Origin: Promethearchaeota archaeon Loki_b32
GTDB lineage: Archaea; Asgardarchaeota; Lokiarchaeia; Sigyniarchaeales; SOKP01
Reading direction: 5' to 3'
Assembly (NCBI GenBank): GCA_005223125.1
Contig: NJBH01000017.1
Location: 19,891 to 83,890, forward strand
DNA: 64,000 nucleotides
Shown here: positions 20,776-31,588 of the stretch, piece after piece
How positions within the stretch are numbered: position 1 is the first letter of the stretch
Layout: every line of letters starts with the position of its first letter
Program-made: the position numbers and the translations under genes
The notes under the pieces: generated by a model
Told to the model about the DNA's origin: nothing
What the model saw: the letters and a program-made list of their open reading frames with translations, nothing else
Database searches by the model: none

Positions 20776-21717
20776 ATGCTTATAATGGTTAGCAAGATAA
20801 AAAGTATCTTCCATCTTTTAAGGATTCGGCAATATTATAAAAATGTACTGGTTTTTGTTGGATTTTTTTTTAGTAAACAATTGTTTGAAATAAAGCTTTA
20901 TTTTCCTTTAATACTCGGATTTGTACTATTATGTTGTGCCTCATCACTTAATTATATAATTAATGATATCAGAGATATTAAAAAAGATAGATCACATCCA
21001 GAAAAGATGAAAAAAAAACCCCTTGCTTCTGGTGAGATCTCTGTTTATTTTGCTCTAATTATAATACTCTTACTATCTGCTATAATTATTTTCTTTTTGA
21101 TTTTTGTAATCCCAAATTTGGGTTTTATCACGATGATTGTCTTTTTAATCATTTCAGGTCAACTTTATAATCATCTTTTTAAAAGGTATGCTTTTATTGA
21201 CATAATTATTTTATCTACTGGATACTTATGGAGAGCATTAGCCGGTTGTATGATAATTGAGGAATTTGTTTCTGCTTGGTTATTTTTAGCCATATTTGAA
21301 GTAGCTATGTTTTTAAGTATAGCCAAACGAAAAAGTGATTTAGAGTTTCTCGGAAAGGATAAAGCTATTGAACATAAAAAAATATATGATCAATATTCTG
21401 GTAGATTATTAGATCAATTTCATATTTTAATAGCAGGTTCATTGTTTATGACTTATTCACTTTATCTAATTCTAATTTTTAATTTAGATGAACCTGGAAT
21501 TGCCACAGTTTATGAATATATCTCAATTTTTACAATACCAATTTCACTTTATATAATCATGAGATATATGTATTTAACGTCAGCTAAACCTAAAATTGCT
21601 CGTAACCCTGAAAAAGCTTTTTTCGACAAAGGAATCATAATAGCTGGATTTACACTATTTATAATTCTATTTTTTTCTTTTTACTTTGATAAAATTGTCG
21701 AAATGTTAAATTTATAA
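20776..21717 (+). CDS. UbiA-family polyprenyl-phosphate phosphoribosyltransferase-like protein
   Basis: LRIRQYYKN, NYIINDIRDIKKDRSHPEK..KPLASG and AKRKSDL motifs. Confidence 0.85.
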   Translation: MLIMVSKIKSIFHLLRIRQYYKNVLVFVGFFFSKQLFEIKLYFPLILGFVLLCCASSLNYIINDIRDIKKDRSHPEKMKKKPLASGEISVYFALIIILLLSAIIIFFLIFVIPNLGFITMIVFLIISGQLYNHLFKRYAFIDIIILSTGYLWRALAGCMIIEEFVSAWLFLAIFEVAMFLSIAKRKSDLEFLGKDKAIEHKKIYDQYSGRLLDQFHILIAGSLFMTYSLYLILIFNLDEPGIATVYEYISIFTIPISLYIIMRYMYLTSAKPKIARNPEKAFFDKGIIIAGFTLFIILFFSFYFDKIVEMLNL

Positions 21718-22033
21718 CAAATTCCTTCCTTTTCTTCCCATCATTTCACTTTTATTAATTTTTAATTAAAATTTTAATAAAGACTACAAGTTAGAATTTC
21801 TACTAAAATGATGGATTTAATTCGATATTAGGTTTTATTTAGGCAAAACATTAAAAAATAGAAAATTTTGAAATTTTCACGTTTGAAAAGCAACTTATCA
21901 ATCTAATGTGATTTCAAAAAACAATAGAAAAAAAAAGATAAAACTTATAAGTTTACAAAATCAAAAACATATTTAACAACACATCTAATAAAAATTAAAA
22001 AAAAAAACACATAAAATATTAAGTGATTTTAAT

Positions 22034-23857
22034 ATGGAAATGGAAAAGAAAAATTTAGCCATAATTGTTTTAGCTATTGCTCTTGCTGCTTCAGGAGTTG
22101 GTAATATTATCCTTGGAATAATGACTGGTGCGATTCAAGTAGAAGCTGAGAAAAAATTAACATTAGTTTATGGATGGGCATCAAACCCAGCGGCTCTTGA
22201 TCCTGTTGATACGTGGGACGTACCTTCCCATATTATGCAACATCAAAGTACACAATCTCTTGTTGAATACAACCTATCAACTCATCCTGATTATGAAATA
22301 ATGAATGTGCTTTGTACAGACTATGTTTGGGAAAGTGATACTAGAATCAGCTTCGCAATAAGAACTGGTGTACTATTCCATGATGGAACATTAATGACTG
22401 CCGAAGATGTTAAATGGAATTTTGAAAGAGTTAATTATTTCGCTAACGTGACAGGGACTCTTCCAGCTAGTGACACATCTTGGACAGGATTTTGTGCCTC
22501 ATTATTCTACCATACTGATGGAACTCCTATCTTTGCCAGTTTTGAAGCAAATGATGCTGTAGATGCCTACAATTTCACAATAGTTTTAAGTAAACCTTTC
22601 GGAGCTTTATTAGATTTACTCTGTTTTGGTGCAACTAATATTTTGTCACCTGAGTCTACTCCTAGATATACGTATTTATCTTTAGCTGAAGATGATATAG
22701 TTGGTACTGGTGCTTATGATTATCAACACTTTTGGAGAGATCTGGAAGCAAGATTTGATAGGTTTGATGACTACTGGGGTCCTGCACCTTATTTTGAAGA
22801 GGTAGTAATGAGAATCATTGAAGATGATACAGGTAGAATGAATGCGGGTTTAACTAAAATATTTGATTATGTTGGAGGGGTCACAAAAATATATATCGAT
22901 AGATATAAAGCTGAAGCAGACTTTCATGTAGAAGATGTTGGTGAAGATCTCTGTTACTTCTATTTAGAAATTTACTGTGGTCCAAGAGATATTCTTGGTA
23001 ATATGACAATTCCGGGCAATTATCAATACCAGAAAAATCCTGCATACTTAAGACGAGCTCTAGCATTAGCGATTAACTATACATATATTTATGAAGAAAT
23101 TCTAGCTGGATATGCTGTTGAAGGAACTACAGCAGTTCCTCGACAAATGCCTGGACATAATGCATCAGTTGTACAAGCCAGTGACTCTAGCTTCACATGG
23201 GTAGCCAATGTCGTAAAAGCAAGAGAAATTCTGATAGCTAACGCCGCTGATATAGAAGATCGTGGTGGCATGCCTGCAGTTGACATTGAGGCACTTGATC
23301 CCAATAATGATGCTCAATGGATTGATTTAACAAATATCCTTGGAAGAAAACTTGAAATAAACAGACATTTTGGAAGTACCACCAACAAACGAGTAAATCA
23401 ATTAATGACTGACAACTTTGATCTGCTTGGAATTGAAATGGATGAATCTATAAGAGAGTGGGGTGTCTATTTAGACGTAGGTGAAAACACACCTTGGATA
23501 ATGGATATTGGATATATAGGATGGTGCCCAGATTATTTAAATCCATTCAATATGATTGATCCATTATTCAATTTAGCTTCTGGCTCATGCTTTTCACGGA
23601 TTAACGATACTAGTCCTGGTGGATTAACTGACTTGATGAATACGGCCGCAGCTGAAGGTGATTATAACATACAACTTGGATATTATATGGATATCCAATC
23701 ATTAATTTATGACATAAACCGCCCAATAAATCCAGCAAGCCACTGTCATATCTCAGGTTGGGTGTACTTAGTACAACAAACCCATTTAAAAACCTTAAAG
23801 GGAGTCCAATACAACGTTATGACAATGGTTGAATTTGCTCACTGGTACAGGGAATAA
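22034..23857 (+). CDS. oppA: Oligopeptide/dipeptide ABC transporter substrate-binding protein (family 5)
   Basis: N-terminal anchor; LDP, FHDGT..TAEDVKWNFER, GTGAY, LRRALALAIN and GWCPDY motifs. Confidence 0.9.
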   Translation: MEMEKKNLAIIVLAIALAASGVGNIILGIMTGAIQVEAEKKLTLVYGWASNPAALDPVDTWDVPSHIMQHQSTQSLVEYNLSTHPDYEIMNVLCTDYVWESDTRISFAIRTGVLFHDGTLMTAEDVKWNFERVNYFANVTGTLPASDTSWTGFCASLFYHTDGTPIFASFEANDAVDAYNFTIVLSKPFGALLDLLCFGATNILSPESTPRYTYLSLAEDDIVGTGAYDYQHFWRDLEARFDRFDDYWGPAPYFEEVVMRIIEDDTGRMNAGLTKIFDYVGGVTKIYIDRYKAEADFHVEDVGEDLCYFYLEIYCGPRDILGNMTIPGNYQYQKNPAYLRRALALAINYTYIYEEILAGYAVEGTTAVPRQMPGHNASVVQASDSSFTWVANVVKAREILIANAADIEDRGGMPAVDIEALDPNNDAQWIDLTNILGRKLEINRHFGSTTNKRVNQLMTDNFDLLGIEMDESIREWGVYLDVGENTPWIMDIGYIGWCPDYLNPFNMIDPLFNLASGSCFSRINDTSPGGLTDLMNTAAAEGDYNIQLGYYMDIQSLIYDINRPINPASHCHISGWVYLVQQTHLKTLKGVQYNVMTMVEFAHWYRE

Positions 23858-23935
23858 AACTAAATGGCTATAAAAGCAAATATATTTAAATGTTATTATA
23901 AAAATTTAATTAACATTTTTTTTTTTTACTTTATT

Positions 23936-25468
23936 CAGTATCTAAGTATTTATTTTTTTTCTTTTTATTTTTTATGGTCGGTACACCGACATTATTTGGA
24001 ATTTATCCGATCACCCCCTGTGATTTTTTCTCCAATGAAAAGGCTAATTGTGTTAACAAATCATTGTTTCGATTTAAGGTCCAACCTTTAGTGCTCGATG
24101 GTTTTTTTCCTAAGTTTTTAAGCAATTTTTTGTTAATTTTCCACGAGTTGTAAAGGAGCATCCTAACCAACATGTCTAAATATCTCACATTATCGTGGTT
24201 TGATTTCCATCGACGATTTATTCGATTTAAGTCGGAAAATCCCGTCTCAATATTCCATCGTTTACGATAAAATCGAGAAGTGCGGGATGCCCAAGAGCTT
24301 TGTTTTCCTTTAGGCTTCCGCGTGGTCATAATAACGAAGATTTTTTTCCGAGCATCTTCAATGGTAAGTTCGCCTTTCCTGACGGCCCTTTTGAGTCCCA
24401 ATAAAGAATATCCTCTTTTTGCGTTAAATATTAGGTAGACCTCCTGTACACATTTATGTCTCCCCCCCGGAGTAGTAGAGAATTTATAAGCGCGGGTTCT
24501 ACCACTTCTACCGCTTAAATATTCTTCGACCATCTTTTTTATTTTTTTGTACATCTTAGCAGGGATTAAACTATCACCTCCCATCGATTTTACCTCATCT
24601 ATAAGCTCGGCACGATAAAATTCGCGATCCATCATGACGAAGTCAAACTCAAAACCAATATCAAACAAATGAAACAAGAAATCATTGATGAGGGGTATTT
24701 TAGACTGCCCTTTTGCTACATGCTCTAATCCTGCAAAGAGTTGGGTGTTTCGAGAAAAAATCGAAAATCCAAGATAATGACGCATTTTCTTCGTGCCCTT
24801 CTGCCGATTTGTACCTTTTATCATATTATCTTCCCTTTTCCCGTAATATGGATGCTCTGTAAAGTCAATTAAAACACTTACTTTCTGGGAGATGATTTTC
24901 TTATCAATAGCTTCTTTTAATTGAAAGTCCAGGCACTTACGTAAGATTGTGCGTGCTTTAGTCAGTCCAATTCTGCGTAGATATTTGTTTACTTCGGTTT
25001 GATGCGGTATCATGCGTTTTCTCCTGCCATCCGCAAAAATTCTTCGCCTTCCTCTTTTACGGCTTAATTGATACTCGTTGAGCATTTCACTGGTGTCACG
25101 AATTGATCTACCAATAATTTCTGAGAAAAAGAACACCTTAAGAAAGTCTAAATCCTCATATCTCAAGTTTCTAGCCTTTTTGGTTCGCCACATGCGAGAT
25201 ATAATTTCATCACAAAACTTTTTAAAAAATGCGAGAATACTATCATTAGAGAGAAGTGATTTAATTCCTAATCCACGAAGTGGAGGCGGAAATATTTCTT
25301 GTAGTAGCATACATAAATATTATCGCTTCTTTCTAATAAACTTTGTGGTTTATAACCGAAATTATTAAATATAATAATAGAATATTTAATAATAAAAAAT
25401 TGGATACAGAATTGAATGGGACAAACTGTAGTTCAAAAGATTTTAGAGTTTAAAATCCTTTGCTACTG
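23936..25468 (-). mobile_element. ISH3-like (IS4 superfamily) insertion sequence, intact
   Basis: Imperfect TIRs CAGTATCTAAGTATTT / CAGTAGCAAAGGATTT (13/16 identical); flanking direct repeat TTTATT at 23930-23935 and 25469-25474. Confidence 0.85.
24003..25310 (-). CDS. DDE transposase (ISH3/IS4-like)
   Basis: LIDFTEHPYYG, MDREFY and YRKRWNIETGF motifs. Confidence 0.9.
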   Translation of the reverse strand: MLLQEIFPPPLRGLGIKSLLSNDSILAFFKKFCDEIISRMWRTKKARNLRYEDLDFLKVFFFSEIIGRSIRDTSEMLNEYQLSRKRGRRRIFADGRRKRMIPHQTEVNKYLRRIGLTKARTILRKCLDFQLKEAIDKKIISQKVSVLIDFTEHPYYGKREDNMIKGTNRQKGTKKMRHYLGFSIFSRNTQLFAGLEHVAKGQSKIPLINDFLFHLFDIGFEFDFVMMDREFYRAELIDEVKSMGGDSLIPAKMYKKIKKMVEEYLSGRSGRTRAYKFSTTPGGRHKCVQEVYLIFNAKRGYSLLGLKRAVRKGELTIEDARKKIFVIMTTRKPKGKQSSWASRTSRFYRKRWNIETGFSDLNRINRRWKSNHDNVRYLDMLVRMLLYNSWKINKKLLKNLGKKPSSTKGWTLNRNNDLLTQLAFSLEKKSQGVIG

Positions 25469-25476
25469 TTTATTGT

Positions 25477-25521
25477 TATTTGTAATATTATTTTGTCAGT
25501 ATTTGTAATATTATTTTGTCA
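25477..25521. repeat. 22-bp tandem duplication (TATTTGTAATATTATTTTGTCA x2) at the IS end, likely repeated transposase-binding sites
   Basis: Exact copies at 25477-25498 and 25500-25521. Confidence 0.85.
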
Positions 25522-25595
25522 CTCTTCGACTAATTTTATTTGTTGTATATTGTACATATTATTTTGATTAAAATAAAAAAAAAGAGATTTTAGCA

Positions 25596-26930
25596 TCAAA
25601 TCTTAAAGGTTAATGTCTTTAAAAGCACGCCGTTCAGGTAGACTAAAAGGTTCTTGCCTTCGTTTATTTCTTGAACCTCCACGGTCTTACCTGCCAACTT
25701 ATAATCGATGGAATAAGGTTTTCCCTGATATATGATATTATCATTACTGGTGATTTTCTGCATTTTTTGCTTCAATAATATCGGTACATTGTAAGGATGG
25801 GTGATAAGCAAACCTTCCCTATAGTATATTTCTATTTTATCCTCATATTCAATTACTTCAACTTTTGTCCCTGAATAGCCAGGAGGTACATGAAATTTCT
25901 GCGATTTATAATGGATTTCATTATACTTATTGACTTTTCTAAATTCAATTTCATGAAGCCAACGGTCCCAATTCACTTTTGCTTTCAGAGGGCGAAAGAT
26001 GCGTCCCTCCGTTTCAAGAAATCGTTTCACAGGGGAGCTATTTCCTGGTAAGCTATGGTAAGGTTTTTCAGCATTGTATCAATTCACCCAGTTTTTAAAC
26101 ATCTGATTGAAATTGGTCAACGTGGAGTTAGGATTGCTTTTCACTTTTAATCGAGCTTCTCCGAGAAACATTTGTTTTACCGTTCCAAACCAGCATTCGA
26201 GTTTATGTTTAGTTTCTGGATGCCTAGGTTTAGAAAAAATGGGTTTTATATCCAAGTTCTCTGAAAGTTTGGTATATTTCGTTCCTAATTCTCCAACAAG
26301 GTTCTTGAATTGTGTACCATTATCAGCTAAGATTTGATTCAGCCTTCCACATGCCATGACTCCATCACGTATGATTTTAATGATGTTTGTGCCTTTCTGG
26401 TTTTTGAAGTATTCTGCAGCCACGATAAATCTTGAAAAATCATCGAGTAAGGCAATTAAATAGATTTTTTCCAAGTGTCCAGCAGTTTGAACTCCTGCGA
26501 TATCAATCTGCCATAAATCATTTGGTTGTTTCCTCTCAAATTTAACATAGCCTCGTTTTGGATCTTTATTCTTATAAGTAAGGCCTTTGTCTCTGATGTA
26601 CTTGCGTATATAGATAGGGAGGGCATGTTGTTAGAAAACTCTTTTTGGAGTAATTTCCATATTACCGGAACACTTATCCCGGATAATTCTTTTTTGAGGC
26701 TAAGTATTCGATTAAAAATTTCGGAGGATATTTTCGAGCCCGCTTGTACTTCTTTTTAATTTTCTGTTGATCGGGTGATTTCTCTTGATAATTATTGTTT
26801 AGCCATCTATATATTGTTCTTTTGGCGATACCATAACGAGATGCAAGTTCTTCAATCGTAAGACCCTTATTATGATATAATTCGCGTGTTTCTTCTTTTA
26901 TGATAGATTCTGGATAGATCTAATACATTC
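25596..26930 (-). pseudogene. IS481-family (rve integrase core) transposase, frameshifted into several pieces
   Basis: HTH GLTIEELASRYGIAKRTIYRWL; DLWQIDIAG; LLDDFSRF; ADNGTQF; KLECWF; duplicated Mu-transposase-C-like tail; 5' boundary approximate. Confidence 0.85.
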
Positions 26931-27648
26931 AAAAGCACTCTTATAGGCAAAATACGATTTAGGTCATACAATAACCTATAAATTCCTTCATCGTTTGTTA
27001 CAACTCACTTCAAAGATGTTACTTTTAGTACTGATGACAATACATCAGCTGTCAAAAATGACCTGATAAAAAGCTTTGAAAAAATGAAGAATTTTGTGAC
27101 ATTTTTTAATTACTGATCACAACTTTATTATACCGATTTAATTAACTATTATTTATTTCCCCTTTTGTAATATTATAAAATTTAAAAATGATATTTTGAA
27201 TTATAATAGTTCTAAATAATAAGTTTTTTGATCACTTAAACAGCTAAAAATTTATTAGATATCTTCTAAAATTCCTAAAATCTAATAATATTTATTGATA
27301 TAAATCAATATTTCTTTTAGAATTTAAAATAGAAAGATAGGGTGATTCCAGCTAAGTAAGGGCAGATTAAGAGCCATATCACCCCTAAAATTATGAATTA
27401 TTGGGACAATTTGAAAGTTATAGTTTTAAATAAAATTAACTAAAGTCCCAAAAACCTAGTGTCTATTAAAATTTTTTGCCACCATTTAGATATGAAGTAT
27501 TAAAATATAAGGCTGTACTTGTCAAGATACCTTAATGATTTCTCAAATTGACCCAATATTTAATAAAGGATCAAATATAAATTATTTATAATTTTCAATT
27601 TACATAATAATGTATAAAGTAACTTACAAATTAGCTTGAGAATAAACG

Positions 27649-28146
27649 ATGAAATTTTCGAAAATTCAACTCGGTCGGCAAGGAAATTTTATTTTAGGAA
27701 TATTATTGCTTTATTTTGTATTATTTGGATATATATGTAATGAATATCCAAGATATTACGATGTATCACTAAAAACAACACTTCAATCACCGGTTGGGCA
27801 AAGTTTAATCTTTTTATATCAAGTATTATTTAACCCTAGTACATTCTTGTCATTTATAATTCTTTTTGCTATTATGTTTGTTGTGGCACTTAGAGAATCA
27901 TTTTACGAGTACGCAATTAGAAATAGTATTTGGTATATTCCAGTAATAATAATAATATCATGGATTTGGTACTGGATACTCTATGGCTTTGACGCTTCTG
28001 TGTTCTATATCTATTTTATCAGAGTTGAAGGTTATATTACAATAGCGACTTTATTATGTACTAATCTATTAGCCGCAATATTAGCTTCTGTAACAAATGA
28101 GAAGCGAAAATTGAAGCGAGAGAAAGAAATGGAATTAAAAATTTAA
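27649..28146 (+). CDS. Hypothetical 4-TM membrane protein at the head of the opp permease operon
   Basis: 165 aa, about four hydrophobic segments, 12 nt upstream of oppB. Confidence 0.7.
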   Translation: MKFSKIQLGRQGNFILGILLLYFVLFGYICNEYPRYYDVSLKTTLQSPVGQSLIFLYQVLFNPSTFLSFIILFAIMFVVALRESFYEYAIRNSIWYIPVIIIISWIWYWILYGFDASVFYIYFIRVEGYITIATLLCTNLLAAILASVTNEKRKLKREKEMELKI

Positions 28147-28158
28147 TGAGGTATAAAT

Positions 28159-29190
28159 ATGAGTTTAATAAAATTTATAATTAGAAGAATTATAGTAATG
28201 ATTCCTGTATTATTCGGAGTATTAACCATAACATTCATACTTTCTCGAATGATGCCTGGTGACCCTATTACAGCTCGATTGGCGGCTGCTGGTCTACATA
28301 ACCCATCAGTAGATCAACTCAACCAGTTGAAACGCCAGCTTGGACTCTTGGATCCTATAATAGTACAATATTTTCGATATTTGGGTGATCTATTTACGGG
28401 GAATTGGGGTGTATCTGTATCAATTGTAAGAAATCAACCTGTTTGGGATCTTGTTATGACAAGATTTCCTATTACAATAGATCTTACAGTATTTTCTATA
28501 ATAATCGCTTCCTATCTAGGAACTAAAGCAGGAGTTGTCTCAGCAGTCCATAGGAATAAAACACCTGATACTATTGTTAGAGGTCTTGCCTTAATAGGTG
28601 TAGCACTTCCCGTATTTTTTCTAGGAATGATACTTCAATATACACTAGGTTATCAATTAGGATGGTTTGAACCAGTTGGTTTTTTAAGTGCTGAATATGA
28701 AATGCCTGAAAGGATTACTGGTTTTATCATATTTGATTCACTTATATCAGGAGAATGGTATTTAATTGGAGATTATATTTGGCATATGTTTCTCCCTGTA
28801 TTTTGTTTATCATTTTTAATGTTGGCATCGATAACAAGACAAACACGTTCCAGCATGCTGGAAGTAATGGAACAAGATTTTGTAAGAACAGCTAGAGCAA
28901 AAGGTTGCAAGGAAAAAACAGTTATACATTCACACACGTTAAGAAATGCCTTAATTCCTACTGTAACTGTTATTGGTCTGAGTATTGCTGGTTTATTAGG
29001 CGGCGCTGTACTAACTGAAACCACCTTTGCTATAAATGGAATGGGAAGTTTATTTATTGATGCTATTTTGCAAACTGATTATTGGGTTATAGACGCCCTA
29101 GTATTTTTGATAACAATTATTTTTATAACTGCAAATTTAATAACAGACGTTATCTATGCAATGCTGGACCCAAGAATAAGATATACATAA
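28159..29190 (+). CDS. oppB: Oligopeptide ABC permease
   Basis: MPGDP, TRSSMLEVMEQDFVRTARAKG and HTLRNALIP motifs. Confidence 0.95.
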   Translation: MSLIKFIIRRIIVMIPVLFGVLTITFILSRMMPGDPITARLAAAGLHNPSVDQLNQLKRQLGLLDPIIVQYFRYLGDLFTGNWGVSVSIVRNQPVWDLVMTRFPITIDLTVFSIIIASYLGTKAGVVSAVHRNKTPDTIVRGLALIGVALPVFFLGMILQYTLGYQLGWFEPVGFLSAEYEMPERITGFIIFDSLISGEWYLIGDYIWHMFLPVFCLSFLMLASITRQTRSSMLEVMEQDFVRTARAKGCKEKTVIHSHTLRNALIPTVTVIGLSIAGLLGGAVLTETTFAINGMGSLFIDAILQTDYWVIDALVFLITIIFITANLITDVIYAMLDPRIRYT

Positions 29191-29214
29191 AAATAAAAAA
29201 GAAGTGAAAAAAAA

Positions 29215-30222
29215 ATGGAAAAACCTTATTTAGTAGTAGAAGAGGAATTAGAAGAAGCGGAAGAGAAAGAAAAGATTACAAAAAACATCATATCTTGGAT
29301 TTTTAAGAATATTAAATTTCTCATCCTTCCAGGTTCTCGAATAGAAGAATTATCAGCTCGCCAATTTGAATACGAAAAAACTATCAGTAAAAGAAGTCTG
29401 ATACGAAGATTAAAAAATCCATTGACTATTTTAGGTTTTATTGTAATATTTTTGATTATAACTTTAGCCGTATACGCTCCATGGCTCTCTCCTGAAAGTT
29501 ATAGAGATGCAATGCTCGTTCATGCTGGTTCATGGAATCCTCCATCTCCAGAATTTCCTTTAGGAAAAACGGCTATGGGGGGTGATGTATTATCACGATT
29601 AATATGGGGTGCTAGGACTTCTATAACAATCTCTTTACCATCGATTACACTTAGTGTAACTGGTGGTGTTTTATTTGGTGTTGTTGCGGCATACTATGGA
29701 GGATGGGTTGATTCTTTAATAATGAGAATCTGTGATATCATGCTTGCCTTTCCTTCATTAATACTCTCTTTAGTCCTTATTTTTATTTATGGAGGATCTA
29801 TTGAAATCATTTTGCTGGTCTGGGGATTTTTAGGAATTCCTATTTATGCAAGACTGATTAGAGGTAATGTTTTACAAGCGCGTCAACTCCCCTATATAGA
29901 GGCGGCAAGAGTTGCTGGTGCAGGAAACTTGAGAATAATGTTTCGCCACATACTACCAAATGTAATACAGCCAATTATTGTGTTTTTTACTTTTGATATT
30001 GGTGCTTATATCTTAGGATTAGCAGGGCTTTCATTTTTGGGTGTGAATCAATCTATAATGATTGAATGGGGAAATGATATTAATGTGGCAAGGGAGAATC
30101 CCTTTGATGCACCATGGGCAGGATTGTGGCCTGGATTTATGATCTTCCTAACTGTATTAGGATTTATGTTAGTTGGTGATGGTATAAGAGATGCTTTAGA
30201 TCCAAGATTGAAAAACTTATAA
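29215..30222 (+). CDS. oppC: Oligopeptide ABC permease
   Basis: DVLSRLIWGARTS, YIEAARVAGA, HILPN and GDGIRDALDPR motifs. Confidence 0.95.
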   Translation: MEKPYLVVEEELEEAEEKEKITKNIISWIFKNIKFLILPGSRIEELSARQFEYEKTISKRSLIRRLKNPLTILGFIVIFLIITLAVYAPWLSPESYRDAMLVHAGSWNPPSPEFPLGKTAMGGDVLSRLIWGARTSITISLPSITLSVTGGVLFGVVAAYYGGWVDSLIMRICDIMLAFPSLILSLVLIFIYGGSIEIILLVWGFLGIPIYARLIRGNVLQARQLPYIEAARVAGAGNLRIMFRHILPNVIQPIIVFFTFDIGAYILGLAGLSFLGVNQSIMIEWGNDINVARENPFDAPWAGLWPGFMIFLTVLGFMLVGDGIRDALDPRLKNL

Positions 30223-30279
30223 TTAAATCTTGCATTTTTTTTATTAATTTAAACTTAAAATATAGGAAAAAATGGAATA

Positions 30280-31548
30280 ATGGAAATAGCAGAAAATGAG
30301 AAAAAACCGGTAGTTCTTGCTGAAACTGAATCAAAACCTCCTAAAAAATTACTCGAAGTTAAGAATTTAAAAACATATTTTTATACTGAAGAGGGTATAG
30401 TTAAAGCTGTTGATGGTGTATCTTTTGACATTTATGAAGATGAAGTTCTCGGTCTTGTTGGTGAAACAGGATGTGGTAAATCTGTTACAGCACTTTCAAT
30501 TTTACGACTTGTAAGAGCACCAGGCAAGATTATTGATGGAGAAATTACCTTTAAAGGAAGGCAACTTTTAGAATTAAATGAAACTGAGATGCGAGAGCGT
30601 CGTGGCAAAGATATTACAATGATCTTTCAAGATCCTTTAAATTCTCTCAATCCTGTCTTTAATGTTGGTAAACAAGTATCAGAAGTCTTTATGTTACATC
30701 AAAAAACAGAGCTTAAACAAGAACTTGATAATCGTTTACTAGAAAGAAAAAAAAAGATAGAAGAAAGAAAAAATTTAGAAAAATCATTAAAGGATGAAGA
30801 AACTAGCAGCAGATTATCAGAAGAAGAAAAGAGTAACATTAAAGCAAAAATTAAAGAACTTAAAAAAGAGGTATCTCATATCACAAGATTAAATGATATA
30901 ACACTTGAGTGGACTGAAAAAATAATAACTGAAGTTGGGATTCCAGATGCAAAAGGAATACTAAAACGATATCCTTATGAATTAAGTGGTGGTATGAGAC
31001 AACGTGTAATGATTGCTATGGGACTTTCATGTAATCCAGCACTTCTGATTGCTGATGAACCAACTACCGCCTTAGATGTAACTATCCAAGCTCAAATTCT
31101 TGATTTAATGAAAGATCTGAAAAATAGATTTAAAACTTCAATTTTTATTATAACCCACGACTTGGGAATTATAGCTGAATTGTGTGACAGAGTGGCTGTA
31201 ATGTATAGTGGCAATATCGTTGAATATGCAACAGCAGAACGTTTATTCAAAAATCCACGTCACCCATATACAAAAGGATTGATTGGAGCGATTCCAAGTA
31301 TAGAAAAAAAGGATCAAAAATTACAAACTATTCGAGGAATGGTCCCAAATCTCATTTATCCCCCATCTGGTTGTAGATTCCATCCCAGATGTGATAATAG
31401 ACTTGAAATTTGTGATAAAGTCAAGCCACCATTAAATGAAATCGCTGAACGATATTTTGTGGCATGCCATCTTTTTGATACAAAATATAAAGATTCACCT
31501 AAATTTGATTGGATCGAAAAAGAAGGAGAAATTACTTCTAAGGTATAG
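30280..31548 (+). CDS. oppD: Oligopeptide ABC ATPase with charged coiled-coil insertion
   Basis: [25 protein letters not shown] and GCRFHPRC motifs. Confidence 0.95.
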   Translation: MEIAENEKKPVVLAETESKPPKKLLEVKNLKTYFYTEEGIVKAVDGVSFDIYEDEVLGLVGETGCGKSVTALSILRLVRAPGKIIDGEITFKGRQLLELNETEMRERRGKDITMIFQDPLNSLNPVFNVGKQVSEVFMLHQKTELKQELDNRLLERKKKIEERKNLEKSLKDEETSSRLSEEEKSNIKAKIKELKKEVSHITRLNDITLEWTEKIITEVGIPDAKGILKRYPYELSGGMRQRVMIAMGLSCNPALLIADEPTTALDVTIQAQILDLMKDLKNRFKTSIFIITHDLGIIAELCDRVAVMYSGNIVEYATAERLFKNPRHPYTKGLIGAIPSIEKKDQKLQTIRGMVPNLIYPPSGCRFHPRCDNRLEICDKVKPPLNEIAERYFVACHLFDTKYKDSPKFDWIEKEGEITSKV

Positions 31549-31588
31549 AATTTAATTAAATTAAAATATTTAAAATAAAGTGTAAAAA

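Larger units (their letters stand above)
25474..27121 (-). mobile_element. IS481-like element, degenerate
   Basis: Ends TGTTATTTGTAAT-N7-TGTCA and (reverse complement) TGTGATCAGTAAT-N7-TGTCA; flank ACTTTAT at 27122-27128 matches 23928-23934. Confidence 0.75.

Noticed and set aside
21861-21889. Palindromes upstream of oppA as operators
   Set aside because: Almost entirely A/T in a very AT-rich region; cannot be distinguished from chance.
23977-23990. GTCGGT-AC-ACCGAC palindrome as an IS end
   Set aside because: The true TIR with target duplication is at 23936; this palindrome is internal, just downstream of the transposase stop.
23864-24091. 75-aa ORF after oppA
   Set aside because: Runs through poly-T tracts and the IS terminus; low-complexity artefact.
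25477-25521. Tandem repeat as a CRISPR array
   Set aside because: Only two adjacent copies with no spacer, located at an IS terminus; no cas genes in the window.
27338-27387. Hairpin as a fluoride riboswitch, hammerhead or twister ribozyme
   Set aside because: The conserved core motifs of these families were not found on either strand.
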